Positions 11,945 to 20,974 of a DNA stretch of 64,000 bases are shown one piece after another; the first letter of the stretch is position 1, and every line of letters starts with the position of its first letter. Below the pieces are notes generated by a model. It had not been told where the DNA came from. It did no database searches and saw only the letters and a list, made by a program, of their open reading frames with translations. The stretch comes from an uncultured Nitrospiraceae bacterium (GTDB taxonomy: Bacteria > Nitrospirota > Nitrospiria > Nitrospirales > Nitrospiraceae): NCBI GenBank assembly GCA_963794505.1, contig CAWCEG010000046.1, positions 34,341 to 98,340 of the forward strand, read 5' to 3'. Position numbers and translations under genes: made by a program.

Positions 11945-13770
11945 CGCCTTCTTCCTCGACTCCGCCCGTCATCGATCGTCCCCTCAACGTCATCGTGGCG
12001 ACCGATTGCGGCAGCACGACGACGAAGGCCATTCTGATCGAAAAGATCGGCGACGAATACCGTCAAACATACCGCGGCGAGGCGCCGACGACCGTCGAAG
12101 CGCCTTTTGAAGACGTCACTCGCGGTGTGCTCAACGCGATCGCGGAAATCGAAGAGCTTTCCAAGCGCAAAATCCTCGACGGCGACAAGATCATCACGCC
12201 CTGCCGGGATGCGCAGACGGGCGTTGACATCTACATCTCGACCAGCAGCGCCGGCGGCGGATTGCAAATGATGGTGACCGGTGTCGTGCAGAACATGACT
12301 GGGGAAAGCGCGCAACGCGCCGCTCTGGGAGCCGGCGCGATCGTGATCGACGTGCTGGCCTCGAACGACGGCCGTCTGCCTCATGAGAAGATCGAACGGA
12401 TTCGTTCAATGCGGCCCGATATGATCTTGATGTCTGGTGGGACGGACGGCGGCGCCGTGACTCATGTCGTCGAAATGGCGGAATACATTGCCGCAGCCGA
12501 ACCGCGCCCCCGCTTCGGCGTGACGTACAAGTTGCCGTTGATCTATGCCGGTAACAGAGACGCCCAGCCTCAGGTTAGGAAGATTCTCGGCGATAAAACC
12601 GCCCTGGAGGTGACGGAGAACATCCGGCCGGTCTTGGAAAAGGAGCACTTGGCTCCGGCCCGAAACAAGATCCACGATCTATTTCTCGAGCATGTGATGC
12701 AGCAGGCACCCGGGTACAAAAAACTCATCGAGATGGCCGGCGCACCGATCATGCCGACCCCCGCGGCTGTCGGACTCATTATGGAAACGATCGCCAAGCG
12801 AGAGCACTTGAATCTGATCGGCGTCGACATCGGAGGGGCAACCACTGACGTCTTCTCGGTGTTCGACGGGGTGTTCAACCGGACGGTTAGCGCGAACCTC
12901 GGCATGTCCTACAGCATTGCAAATGTGCTGGCCGAGGCGGGGCTGGCAAACATCATGCGTTGGGTGCCGTTCACCATCGATGAACAGACGCTGCGCAATC
13001 GCATCAAAAACAAGATGATCCGGCCCACGACGATACCCCAGACACTTGATGAGCTGCAGATTGAGCACGCGATTTCCCGGGAGGCGCTGCGGCTGGCCTT
13101 GATCCATCACAAATCGCTGGCGACCGGATTGAAAGGCGTTCAACAGGAGCGCACGATTTCGGACGTGTTCGAGCAGCAGACGTCAGGACGTACGCTGATT
13201 GATATGCTGAAATTGGATCTGATCGTCGGAAGTGGTGGAATCCTCTCTCACGCTCCACGCCGTATTCAGTCGATGCTGATGATGGTCGATGCCTACGAGC
13301 CCTTGGGCCTTACGATGCTGTCGGTCGACAGCATTTTTATGATGCCGCACTTGGGCGTACTCTCGACGATCAATGAGCAAGCAGCGACTGATGTGTTCGT
13401 TCGAGACTGCATGATCTATTTAGGCACCTGCGTCGCACCGATCGGCCAGGGCAGGGACGGCGACCTCTGCGCCGACTATGAGATCGTCTTTCCCGACGGT
13501 CGAATTGTGAAAGATCAGTTGGTGTTTGGCGAGCTCAGGCTTTTTGCGCTGGAGCCCGGCATGAAAGCCAGCATGACCATGCGCCCGGCCAAGTCGGTCC
13601 ATCTCGGGGCGGGAGCTGGGACGGCCATGACGCGAGAGGTCGTGGGCGGCGTTGCAGGCTTGTTACTCGATGGTCGAGGCCGTCCATTGCAATTACCGGC
13701 CGAGCAGTCCGCACGGGTTGCCGCGCTGAACAAATGGTTCGATGCCGTTGATTTATATCCGAAGGGATAG
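11941..13770 (+). CDS. Glutamate mutase L (GlmL/MutL)-like ASKHA-fold ATPase, 609 aa
   Basis: Actin-like motifs DCGSTTTK and DIGGATTD; SSAGGGL, MSGGTDGG, MPTPAAV, RTVSANLGM, GSGGILSH. Confidence 0.85.
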   Translation: MTPSSSTPPVIDRPLNVIVATDCGSTTTKAILIEKIGDEYRQTYRGEAPTTVEAPFEDVTRGVLNAIAEIEELSKRKILDGDKIITPCRDAQTGVDIYISTSSAGGGLQMMVTGVVQNMTGESAQRAALGAGAIVIDVLASNDGRLPHEKIERIRSMRPDMILMSGGTDGGAVTHVVEMAEYIAAAEPRPRFGVTYKLPLIYAGNRDAQPQVRKILGDKTALEVTENIRPVLEKEHLAPARNKIHDLFLEHVMQQAPGYKKLIEMAGAPIMPTPAAVGLIMETIAKREHLNLIGVDIGGATTDVFSVFDGVFNRTVSANLGMSYSIANVLAEAGLANIMRWVPFTIDEQTLRNRIKNKMIRPTTIPQTLDELQIEHAISREALRLALIHHKSLATGLKGVQQERTISDVFEQQTSGRTLIDMLKLDLIVGSGGILSHAPRRIQSMLMMVDAYEPLGLTMLSVDSIFMMPHLGVLSTINEQAATDVFVRDCMIYLGTCVAPIGQGRDGDLCADYEIVFPDGRIVKDQLVFGELRLFALEPGMKASMTMRPAKSVHLGAGAGTAMTREVVGGVAGLLLDGRGRPLQLPAEQSARVAALNKWFDAVDLYPKG

Positions 13771-13798
13771 GCGGCATGGATGCGCTGCCATGAGTCAA

Positions 13799-13943
13799 GT
13801 TGCTCAAGAAGCTCTCCAGCGAGGCCGCAAGGAGTGAAGGACCCGAGGAGGTACATACCAAGCTTCGCTTGAACCGCTCGCTTCGATCACACGCAAGCGG
13901 ATAAGTCTTTTTTCTCCAGTGAAACCGGTACGTCGAGGGTTCC
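13799..13943 (+). repeat. Intergenic repeat family copy B, with an internal expansion
   Basis: TCCAGCGAGGCCGCAAGGAGTGAAGGACCCGAGGAGGTAC...GTACGTCGAGGGTTCC shares motifs with copies A and C. Confidence 0.55.
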
Positions 13944-13944
13944 T

Positions 13945-15066
13945 ATGGCGCATTCCTACACTCCAGGACTTGCAGTAGCCGATAGAACCATCGTGAGGCG
14001 GCGGCGGCTTTTGCCGTTACCGGGTATGCTGTTGGTCAAGACCGGGGACCCCGTGAGATCAGATCAGGCCGTGGCCCGGGCTGAACTGCCCGGCAAGGTG
14101 TATCCGATCAATCTGGCCAATCAGTTGAGCATCGCGCCAGATGAGATCACCGATTATCTCGTAAAAAAGCAGGGCGATGTGGTTGAGAAGGACGAAATTC
14201 TCGCTGAGAATAAGCCCTTGATCAAATGGTTCAAGACCGAAATCCGTTCTCCCGTCGCAGGAACCATCGAGTCGTTGTCTACGGTGACCGGTCAAGTCCT
14301 GTTGCGCGAACCGCCCCGTGTGCTGAACCTCCTGGCATATATCGATGGCATAGTCGTCGAGACGATTCCACAACAAGGAGTCGTCGTGGAGGCCGCCTGC
14401 AGCTTGGTTCAGGGCATTTTTGGGATCGGCGGTGAAGTCTGGGGCGAACTGGTCCTGGCCGTGAAATCTCCCGACGAGCCGCTGGGACCGGCGCACTTGA
14501 CGCCGGATATGAAGGGAAAGATCGTGGTGGGCGGATCGTTTCTTCCGGCGGAGACGATGGCAAGGGCCAAAGAACTTGGCATCGCCGGCTTGGTTGTTGG
14601 CGGGATTCATGATAAGGATCTTCGCGAACTGTTGGGCTATGATTTGGGCGTCGCCATTACGGGAACGGAGCAGGTGGGGTTCACGCTGATCCTGACCGAA
14701 GGGTTTGGGACGATTCCTATGGCTTCCAAGACGTTTCGATTGCTCTCCATGCATGTCGGTCAGAAGGCCTCGATTTCAGGGTCCACACAGATCCGGGCCG
14801 GCGTGATTCGCCCAGAGATCATCATTCCCCGCTCATCCGCAGCTGGCCAGGTACCGGCTGATATGCAACGAGCCGGCATTCGGCTGGGGGATGCCGTCCG
14901 GATCATTCGGGACCCTTTCTTCGGGAAAATCGGCGAAGTTTCCAGGCTGCCGTCCGATCTGACCAGAATTCCCACCGAGAGCGAGGTGCGTGTGCTCGAA
15001 GTGACATTTGCCGAAGGGACACGAGCGGTCATTCCCAGGACGAATATCGAGGTGATCGAAGGTTGA
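13945..15066 (+). CDS. Hypothetical protein with repeated barrel-sandwich-hybrid motifs and a C-terminal KOW-like domain
   Basis: VKTGDPVRSDQAVA, VKKQGDVVEKDEILA..IRSPVAGTI, AYIDGIVVE; C-terminal GDAVRIIRDPFFGKIGEV. Confidence 0.8.
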   Translation: MAHSYTPGLAVADRTIVRRRRLLPLPGMLLVKTGDPVRSDQAVARAELPGKVYPINLANQLSIAPDEITDYLVKKQGDVVEKDEILAENKPLIKWFKTEIRSPVAGTIESLSTVTGQVLLREPPRVLNLLAYIDGIVVETIPQQGVVVEAACSLVQGIFGIGGEVWGELVLAVKSPDEPLGPAHLTPDMKGKIVVGGSFLPAETMARAKELGIAGLVVGGIHDKDLRELLGYDLGVAITGTEQVGFTLILTEGFGTIPMASKTFRLLSMHVGQKASISGSTQIRAGVIRPEIIIPRSSAAGQVPADMQRAGIRLGDAVRIIRDPFFGKIGEVSRLPSDLTRIPTESEVRVLEVTFAEGTRAVIPRTNIEVIEG

Positions 15067-16319
15067 TGAACTTCGACGGGCCGCGCATGACCGCTGCCGC
15101 AGGGTGTTTCCTGCTGTTACTGGGGAGTCTGGAGGTCGTTTCCGCTCAATCTGCCCTGACCACTCCCGCCGGTCTTCAGGTCACTGATACCCCGAATGAT
15201 GGTGGAGAAAGCTTGACTGTTGTTTGGGCACCCGCTCCCTCGGACGTTCCGGATGCACAGTATCAGGTCTTGATCGGCGAAGGCGGCACCGCCGATCCGG
15301 CCGCACTCAAAGTCGCCGCGGAATTTCCGGCAAATACCCGATACGTCAAAGACGCCAAAGCGGCCTGGTGGACCAGAGCCGGCGAGCGGTCCTGGCACCA
15401 GTATGTCATCAGGAGCGGAAAGGGTGTCGAGCTGAAGGATGGAACGGCGTATACGGTTACGGTCGCAATGCGCAAAGGCGACGAGCGGGCGGTTGGACCC
15501 CTCCTGCAGGCAACGCCACAAGCGAATTGGTTCAATTGGAATCAGCTCAACAACCTGATCCTGGCCTTGGGCTTCGGCGGGCTCGTGTTCTATAGCATTA
15601 GGCATGCGAAGCGACACGACATTTTTTTGCGTCGCATCCCCGGCCTGGATGCCGTCGATGAGGCAATCGGCCGGTCCACCGAATTGGGCAAGCCGATTCT
15701 CTATCTGACCGGTGCCCATGACATGAGCGACCCTTCAACCATCGCGGCGGCGGTGATTCTCGGACGTGTGGCCAAGCGCACCGCCGCCTATGAAACGGAG
15801 TTGCTGGTGCCGCATCGCGATCCGATCACGATGGCGGTGTGCCAGGAAATCACGAAACAAGCCTATCTCGAAGCCGGGAAGCCCGATCTCTTCAAGGAGG
15901 ACGCAAACTTTTTCATTACCGCAGACCAGTTCAGCTACACGGCCGCAGTGGACGGAATCATGCTGCGGAAAAAGCCTGCGGCGAACTTCTTCATGGGGTC
16001 GTATTTTGCCGAATCGCTGCTGCTGACCGAAACGGGAGCCAGTACCGGTGCGATCCAAATTGCCGGAACGGACTCGGACCACCAACTGCCTTTCTTCGTC
16101 ACCACCTGTGACTACACGCTCATCGGTGAAGAGCTGTATGCCGCGAGCGCTTATCTCTCGAAAGAACCGGTGCAGATCGGCACACTCCGCGGGCAGGATA
16201 TCGGCAAGGCGGTCATTTTGACCGTCGTGATGATCGGCACCCTTCTCGCCACGATCGGGACGGTGACCGGCGCGTCATGGCCCCAGTTGTTCCTGGATCT
16301 CTTCAAGGATCTGAAATGA
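15066..16319 (+). CDS. Secreted FN3-like domain + TM + DUF6754-like membrane protein
   Basis: Signal peptide, DTPNDGGESLTVVW FN3-like start, TM helix, LRRIPGLDAVDEAIGRSTELGKP, C-terminal TM; family assignment from recall. Confidence 0.78.
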   Translation: MNFDGPRMTAAAGCFLLLLGSLEVVSAQSALTTPAGLQVTDTPNDGGESLTVVWAPAPSDVPDAQYQVLIGEGGTADPAALKVAAEFPANTRYVKDAKAAWWTRAGERSWHQYVIRSGKGVELKDGTAYTVTVAMRKGDERAVGPLLQATPQANWFNWNQLNNLILALGFGGLVFYSIRHAKRHDIFLRRIPGLDAVDEAIGRSTELGKPILYLTGAHDMSDPSTIAAAVILGRVAKRTAAYETELLVPHRDPITMAVCQEITKQAYLEAGKPDLFKEDANFFITADQFSYTAAVDGIMLRKKPAANFFMGSYFAESLLLTETGASTGAIQIAGTDSDHQLPFFVTTCDYTLIGEELYAASAYLSKEPVQIGTLRGQDIGKAVILTVVMIGTLLATIGTVTGASWPQLFLDLFKDLK

Positions 16320-16966
16320 TCTTTTTGCGACGCCGGTTGCCGCTGCTCATCACGATGGTTACCGGTCTCCTGTTTGCCGGCCAGTACTACGTGCCGCATC
16401 CGGCATCCGAGCTGCTTCTGACATCGGCCACCAAGTGGCTGCAGATCATCGGCGGGTTCGCGTTGGTGCTGGGGGTAACCAGCCTGTTTCATCAGCACGC
16501 CGTGAAGATCAGGCGTCAAGAGGCGGGCTGGGGGTATAGCCTCGTGCTCTACGCCGGCATGCTGGTCACGATTGCCGTGGGGCTCTGGGCGGGCGGGAAG
16601 GAGAGTCTGGATGGCACCATGACGGCATTCGGCTGGATCTATACCTATATGATGGTGCCGCTGCAGGGCACGATGTTCGCGATCCTGGCATTTTTCATCG
16701 CGTCTGCAGCCTACCGGTCATTCAGGGCCAGGAGCCGGGAGGCGGCGGTCCTGCTGATCGCGGCGGTGATCGTCATGATGGGCCGGGTCCCCTTAGGCGA
16801 GTATCTTGTCCCGCTGAGCGGCGATGTGTCGCAGTGGATCCTCAATGTGCTGAATGCCTCCGTCCGCCGGGCCATTTTGATCGGGGTGAGCCTTGGCGCC
16901 ATCGCCCTCTCTTTGAAGATCATCTTCGGAGTCGAACGTTCTTACTTGGGCGGAAGCAAGGAATAA
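16316..16966 (+). CDS. Multi-pass membrane protein of unknown function
   Basis: About 6 hydrophobic segments; ATGA overlap with the upstream stop; AFFIASAAYRSFRARS. Confidence 0.8.
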   Translation: MIFLRRRLPLLITMVTGLLFAGQYYVPHPASELLLTSATKWLQIIGGFALVLGVTSLFHQHAVKIRRQEAGWGYSLVLYAGMLVTIAVGLWAGGKESLDGTMTAFGWIYTYMMVPLQGTMFAILAFFIASAAYRSFRARSREAAVLLIAAVIVMMGRVPLGEYLVPLSGDVSQWILNVLNASVRRAILIGVSLGAIALSLKIIFGVERSYLGGSKE

Positions 16967-17099
16967 CTGTGAGCCGTCCGCAGCCCAGTCGTCGCGCGTT
17001 GGTGCAGCCGTGAATGGCAAGGAATCGGTGGGCGGGTGGGTGAAAGGCGGCCGGTGCGCCGGCGGCGCCACCGCGATGCAATGGCAGGAAGCGGAGAGG

Positions 17100-17933
17100 A
17101 TGACAACGTTCTCGGAGCGGATGCTCAAAATCGACCGGCGGATCATCTTTATGGTAATCGGTCTCTGTACACTGTTGCCCTTGCTCTACCCGGTCGGGTT
17201 ACCGATCAAGATTTCGCCCGAAGTGCGCAACGTCTACGACTATATCGAGTCGTTACCCGAACGATCCGTCTTTCTACTGTCCATCGATTTTGACCCGGCA
17301 TCCAAGCCCGAACTGCACCCACAGGCGATTGCCTTGCTGCGCCATGCGTTTCGAAAGAATTTGCGCGTCGTCGCCATGACGCTCTGGGTGTCGGGGACCG
17401 GAATGGCCGATCAGTTGTTGAAGCAGGTCTCAAGCGAAATGGGAAGGGAGCGGGGTAGGGATTACGTGTTCCTCGGATGGAGTCCCGGGGGATCAGCCGT
17501 GATCATCAACATGGGCCAGGATCTATATACGGCGTTCCCCAGCGACTATGAAGGTAAGCCCACGAGAGGCATTCCGGTACTGGAAGGCGTGCACAGCTTG
17601 AAGGACGTCACTTACGCCATCAGTCTCGGCGCCGGCAATCCCGGTGTCGAGGCCTGGTATGTGTACGGCAAGGACAAGTACAAATTCGAATTAGGCGGAG
17701 GCTGCACCGGCGTCATTGCCCCCGGCCTCTACCCGTTGCTCCGCAGCGGGCAGATCAATGGTTTGATCGGGGGACTGCGCGGGGCGGCCGAATATGAGAG
17801 CTTGATCGGGCAAAAAGGGCGGGCGGTTGCCGGAATGGACGCGCAGTCGGCGACCCATCTGGCGATCGTGGTGCTGGTCGTCATCTGCAATCTGTTTTAT
17901 TTCTCACTCCGGCAGCAGAAAGGCCGGGGATGA
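17100..17933 (+). CDS. Membrane-anchored hypothetical protein (TM - alpha/beta domain - TM), probable DUF6754 paralog
   Basis: Purine-rich RBS (GGAGAGG) directly before ATG; terminal hydrophobic helices; GLIGGLRGAAEYE..MDAQS. Confidence 0.78.
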   Translation: MTTFSERMLKIDRRIIFMVIGLCTLLPLLYPVGLPIKISPEVRNVYDYIESLPERSVFLLSIDFDPASKPELHPQAIALLRHAFRKNLRVVAMTLWVSGTGMADQLLKQVSSEMGRERGRDYVFLGWSPGGSAVIINMGQDLYTAFPSDYEGKPTRGIPVLEGVHSLKDVTYAISLGAGNPGVEAWYVYGKDKYKFELGGGCTGVIAPGLYPLLRSGQINGLIGGLRGAAEYESLIGQKGRAVAGMDAQSATHLAIVVLVVICNLFYFSLRQQKGRG

Positions 17934-17964
17934 GGCATCGTCTCAACCGGTGTTGGTAACTGAT

Positions 17965-18715
17965 ATGGATGCCACTATCCTGGGTGCATGGATGGCCACG
18001 GGTCTGACGCTGTTTATCTTTTCTTTTTTGTACCAGGACAATCCGCTCTTTAAGCTCGCCGAGCATCTGTACGTCGGCGTCTCGGTCGGCTACACGATCG
18101 TCAAGGCCTATGACACGGTCATCGTGCATATGATCGTCAAGCCGATTGTCGAGCAGGGTGAGATCGCGCTCCTCATTCCGGTGGCGATCGGCTTGCTCAT
18201 GCTGACCCGCTACGTGCCGAGAGCGGCCTGGATGTCGCGCTACGCATTCGCCTTCATCGTGGGACTTGGCAGTCGGGCTCGCGATTCCTCGCACGATTTC
18301 CTCATTCATCCTCAAGCAGGTCGAGGATACGGTACGGCCATTGTTGTCTCAAGCCGGGGGGGACGGCCTGACCTTTTCGCTGAATCTCCTCAATCCCGCG
18401 AGCAGCCTGAATGCGGTGATCATCTTGATCGGGGTCAGCACGGTCCTCTTTTACTTTTTCTTCTCCATCGAACACAGCGGTCCGGGCAAGGTTGTGGCGA
18501 GGACCGGGATTGTCTTTCTGATGATCGCGTTCGGCGCGGCATTCGGCTACACGGTGATGGCACGCATGTCGCTCTTGATCGGCCGACTGACCGACCTCAT
18601 CGAATTCTCTGATGTTTCCTACGGGCGACCCACGTGGTGGTTGCTGATTGTGACCATCGGTGTGCTCATCCTGTTGGCGAGACGCGTTCCCAACCGGCCT
18701 CCCGATCTTCACTAG
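17965..18715 (+). CDS. Multi-pass membrane protein of unknown function (frameshift near 18270)
   Basis: FSFLYQDNPLFKLAEHLYVG ... MIAFGAAFGYTVMARMSLLIGR; ORFs 17827..18612 and 18266..18715. Confidence 0.78.
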
Positions 18716-18734
18716 CGACCGTCTGATCCAGCAG

Positions 18735-18764
18735 TTGCAGGTCTCGAAAGCGGTTCGTTAGAAT
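18735..18764 (+). promoter_or_regulatory. Possible sigma70 promoter for the Memo-like gene
   Basis: TTGCAG-N18-TAGAAT ending 23 nt before ATG 18788. Confidence 0.45.
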
Positions 18765-18787
18765 GCCGCTTTGCCCTGCGAGGAACC

Positions 18788-20032
18788 ATGACGACCGGCA
18801 CTGCCAAAGATCCTCAGCAATACCCTGTCTTACGGAATCTCCAGTTCTCCCCGATCAAAGAGGGAGAAGAGCAATACATCGTGCTGTGGGACCCCAGCGG
18901 GTTGAGCAAGGAAAAGCTCGTCCTGCCGCTGAATTACTTTTTTATCATTCAACACTTCGACGGCGAGCATTCGCTACAAGAAATCGGTGCGTTGTATCTG
19001 AAGCGCTTCGGTGAGTTTCTGATGCCCAACAAGGTGGAGCAACTGATCGGTGATCTCGACGCCAAACTGTTTCTCGAAGGTGAGCGCACAGAAGGTGCAA
19101 AGGAGCAGGCCCGCTTGGCTTACCGGCAAGCTCCGGTTCGTCCAGCGGCGTTCGCTGGGAAAAGCTACGAAGCAGACGGGGCCAAACTCAAGAAGCAGAT
19201 TGATGGGTTCTTTTCATCCAAAGAAGGGCCGGATTTCAAGCCGTCGGACAATACGGGCAAGCTCATCAAAGGTCTGACTCGCGCCGACTTATGAACTCAA
19301 ACAAGCAGGACCTCTCTATGCCTGGGCCTATAAGGAGTTACAGCAGGCTCAACAGCCTGACGTAGTGGTCATCATCGGCACGGCTCACGCCGGTCTGGAG
19401 CACGTGTTTGCCGTGACAGACAAAGACTTTGAAACGCCGCTAGGAGTTGTCGCGGTGGATCGTGCGATCACGGACCGGCTCAAGGCTGCGGTGCCCGATT
19501 ATTTTTCCGAAGAGGTCTCCCATCTCTCGGAGCATGCCATTGAGTTTCAATTACCGTTCTTGCAGACGAACGCCGGCGCTACGTCACCCAGCCGCATCGT
19601 GCCTATTCTCTCCTCCTTCTCGGCGATGAGCCTGAGTGATGCCTCGGTACGCGCAGCGGTCGATCGATTCCTTGCCGCACTGAAGGAAGCGACAACGGAC
19701 TCCGGCCGGAGGGTCTGCGTGATTGCAGCCGGAGACCTCGCCCATCTGGGAATGCGTTACGGCGACAGTGCCCCGCCGACCGATTTTTCCTTCCACCGGT
19801 CCATGCAGTATGATCTGGAGATGCTGAAATTCGTGGAGGAACTGAAGGCAGAGGAATTTGCCGGATACATTCAGAAAGAAAAGGACCAAGGCCGGATCTC
19901 CGGCTTCTCGCCCATCTATAGCCTGCTTCGCTTGATACAGGCTGAACAAGGGGCAGGTGCTGCGTTACGACCGCGGCATTACCGATCAGTACAACTCGAC
20001 GGTGACCTACGCCGCAATGGCCTTCTTTCTAG
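18788..20032 (+). CDS. Memo-like protein (AmmeMemoRadiSam protein B family) with N-terminal PqqD-like domain; frameshifts near 19280 and 19950
   Basis: RPAAFAGKSY, IIGTAH, DFETPLG, EHAIEFQLPFLQ, GDLAHLG, STVTYAAM. Confidence 0.82.
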
Positions 20033-20065
20033 CCGATCTTGCCCGCCCACACGAGACGCGCCTTG

Positions 20066-20120
20066 ACTGAATGAAGTACGCCGTCGTTGCCCAAGTTCCC
20101 TGCGGCCTTGCTGGAAAGCC
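20066..20120 (-). repeat. Partial intergenic repeat family copy C
   Basis: Minus strand TCCAGCAAGGCCGCAGGG...GGCGTAC matches the start of copy B. Confidence 0.45.
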
Positions 20121-20147
20121 ACCGGCGGGCTCTAATTCCGCTTTCCG

Positions 20148-20346
20148 GCCAAAAAGATGTAGGAGCTAACTGCGACTTGAGATGGGTTGCCATGGTTCTA
20201 TCGCTGGGATCGCTTCAGAGCATGGCGAGCATTGTTCGAAGGTCCGTTCAGACGAAGTCTTAAACGGACCAAGTTGCGGAGCCAAGCAGCGACGGGGCCA
20301 TGCGGCTCTACCCATCGCCGGAGCAAGTTGCTCCTAACATCTTGGC
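20148..20346. repeat. ~190-nt imperfect hairpin, REPIN-like, between convergent genes
   Basis: Nested pairs AAGATGT/ACATCTT, AGGAGC/GCTCCT, GATGGGT/ACCCATC, CATGG/CCATG, TCGCTG/CAGCGA, GGTCCGTT/AACGGACC, AGAC-GAA-GTCT. Confidence 0.65.
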
Positions 20347-20865
20347 TACTCTTTGACCGTGATGGTCATCGTGATGGGCTCGAGAGGATTGTTGTATTCG
20401 TCCCGGGGGACGGCAGCGATCTTGTCCACCACATCCATGCCGCGGAAGACCTCCCCGAACACACTGTAGGTGCGATCCAGCCCGCTGCTGTCTGCCAGAC
20501 AAATAAAAAACTGCGAGCCGTTATCGTTGAAATCCCGCGTGCTCGAGCCGTCCCTTGGTGTTTTCGCCATGGAGATAGCCCCGCGCTTGTGCGGGCGGTC
20601 GCTCAACTCCGGATTCAGCCAGTAGCCGGGACCCCCCGGAGCCGTGTCTGAGACGGTCCGGTTCTTTGCTGAGAGGATCTCCGCCTTGAATGATGAAGCC
20701 CGGTACGATCCGGTGAAAGGTCGTGCCGTTGTAAAATTCCATCTTCACGAGGTTAAGGAAGTTTTCGATATGACGGGGTGCGGCTTCCGGATAGAAGCGC
20801 AGTTTGATTTCGCCGAACTTCGTCGTGATCGTCACGCGAGGATCGATTTTTTTGAATTCCATCAT
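20346..20865 (-). CDS. Cyclophilin-type peptidyl-prolyl cis-trans isomerase (frameshift near 20630)
   Basis: [49 protein letters not shown]. Confidence 0.92.
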
Positions 20866-20974
20866 CAGGGAATCTAACAGGGGCGCGCTCCGGACGGCAA
20901 GGGGTCGGTGATGGATGATGGTCACCGTGCTGGCGATCCCGCACAATATGCGATGAGCGTTTGGACGACGTGCG

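Noticed and set aside
11941-13770. DNA mismatch-repair MutL or a working glutamate mutase pathway
   Set aside because: Motifs are ASKHA-type, not GHKL; no GlmE/GlmS genes in the window
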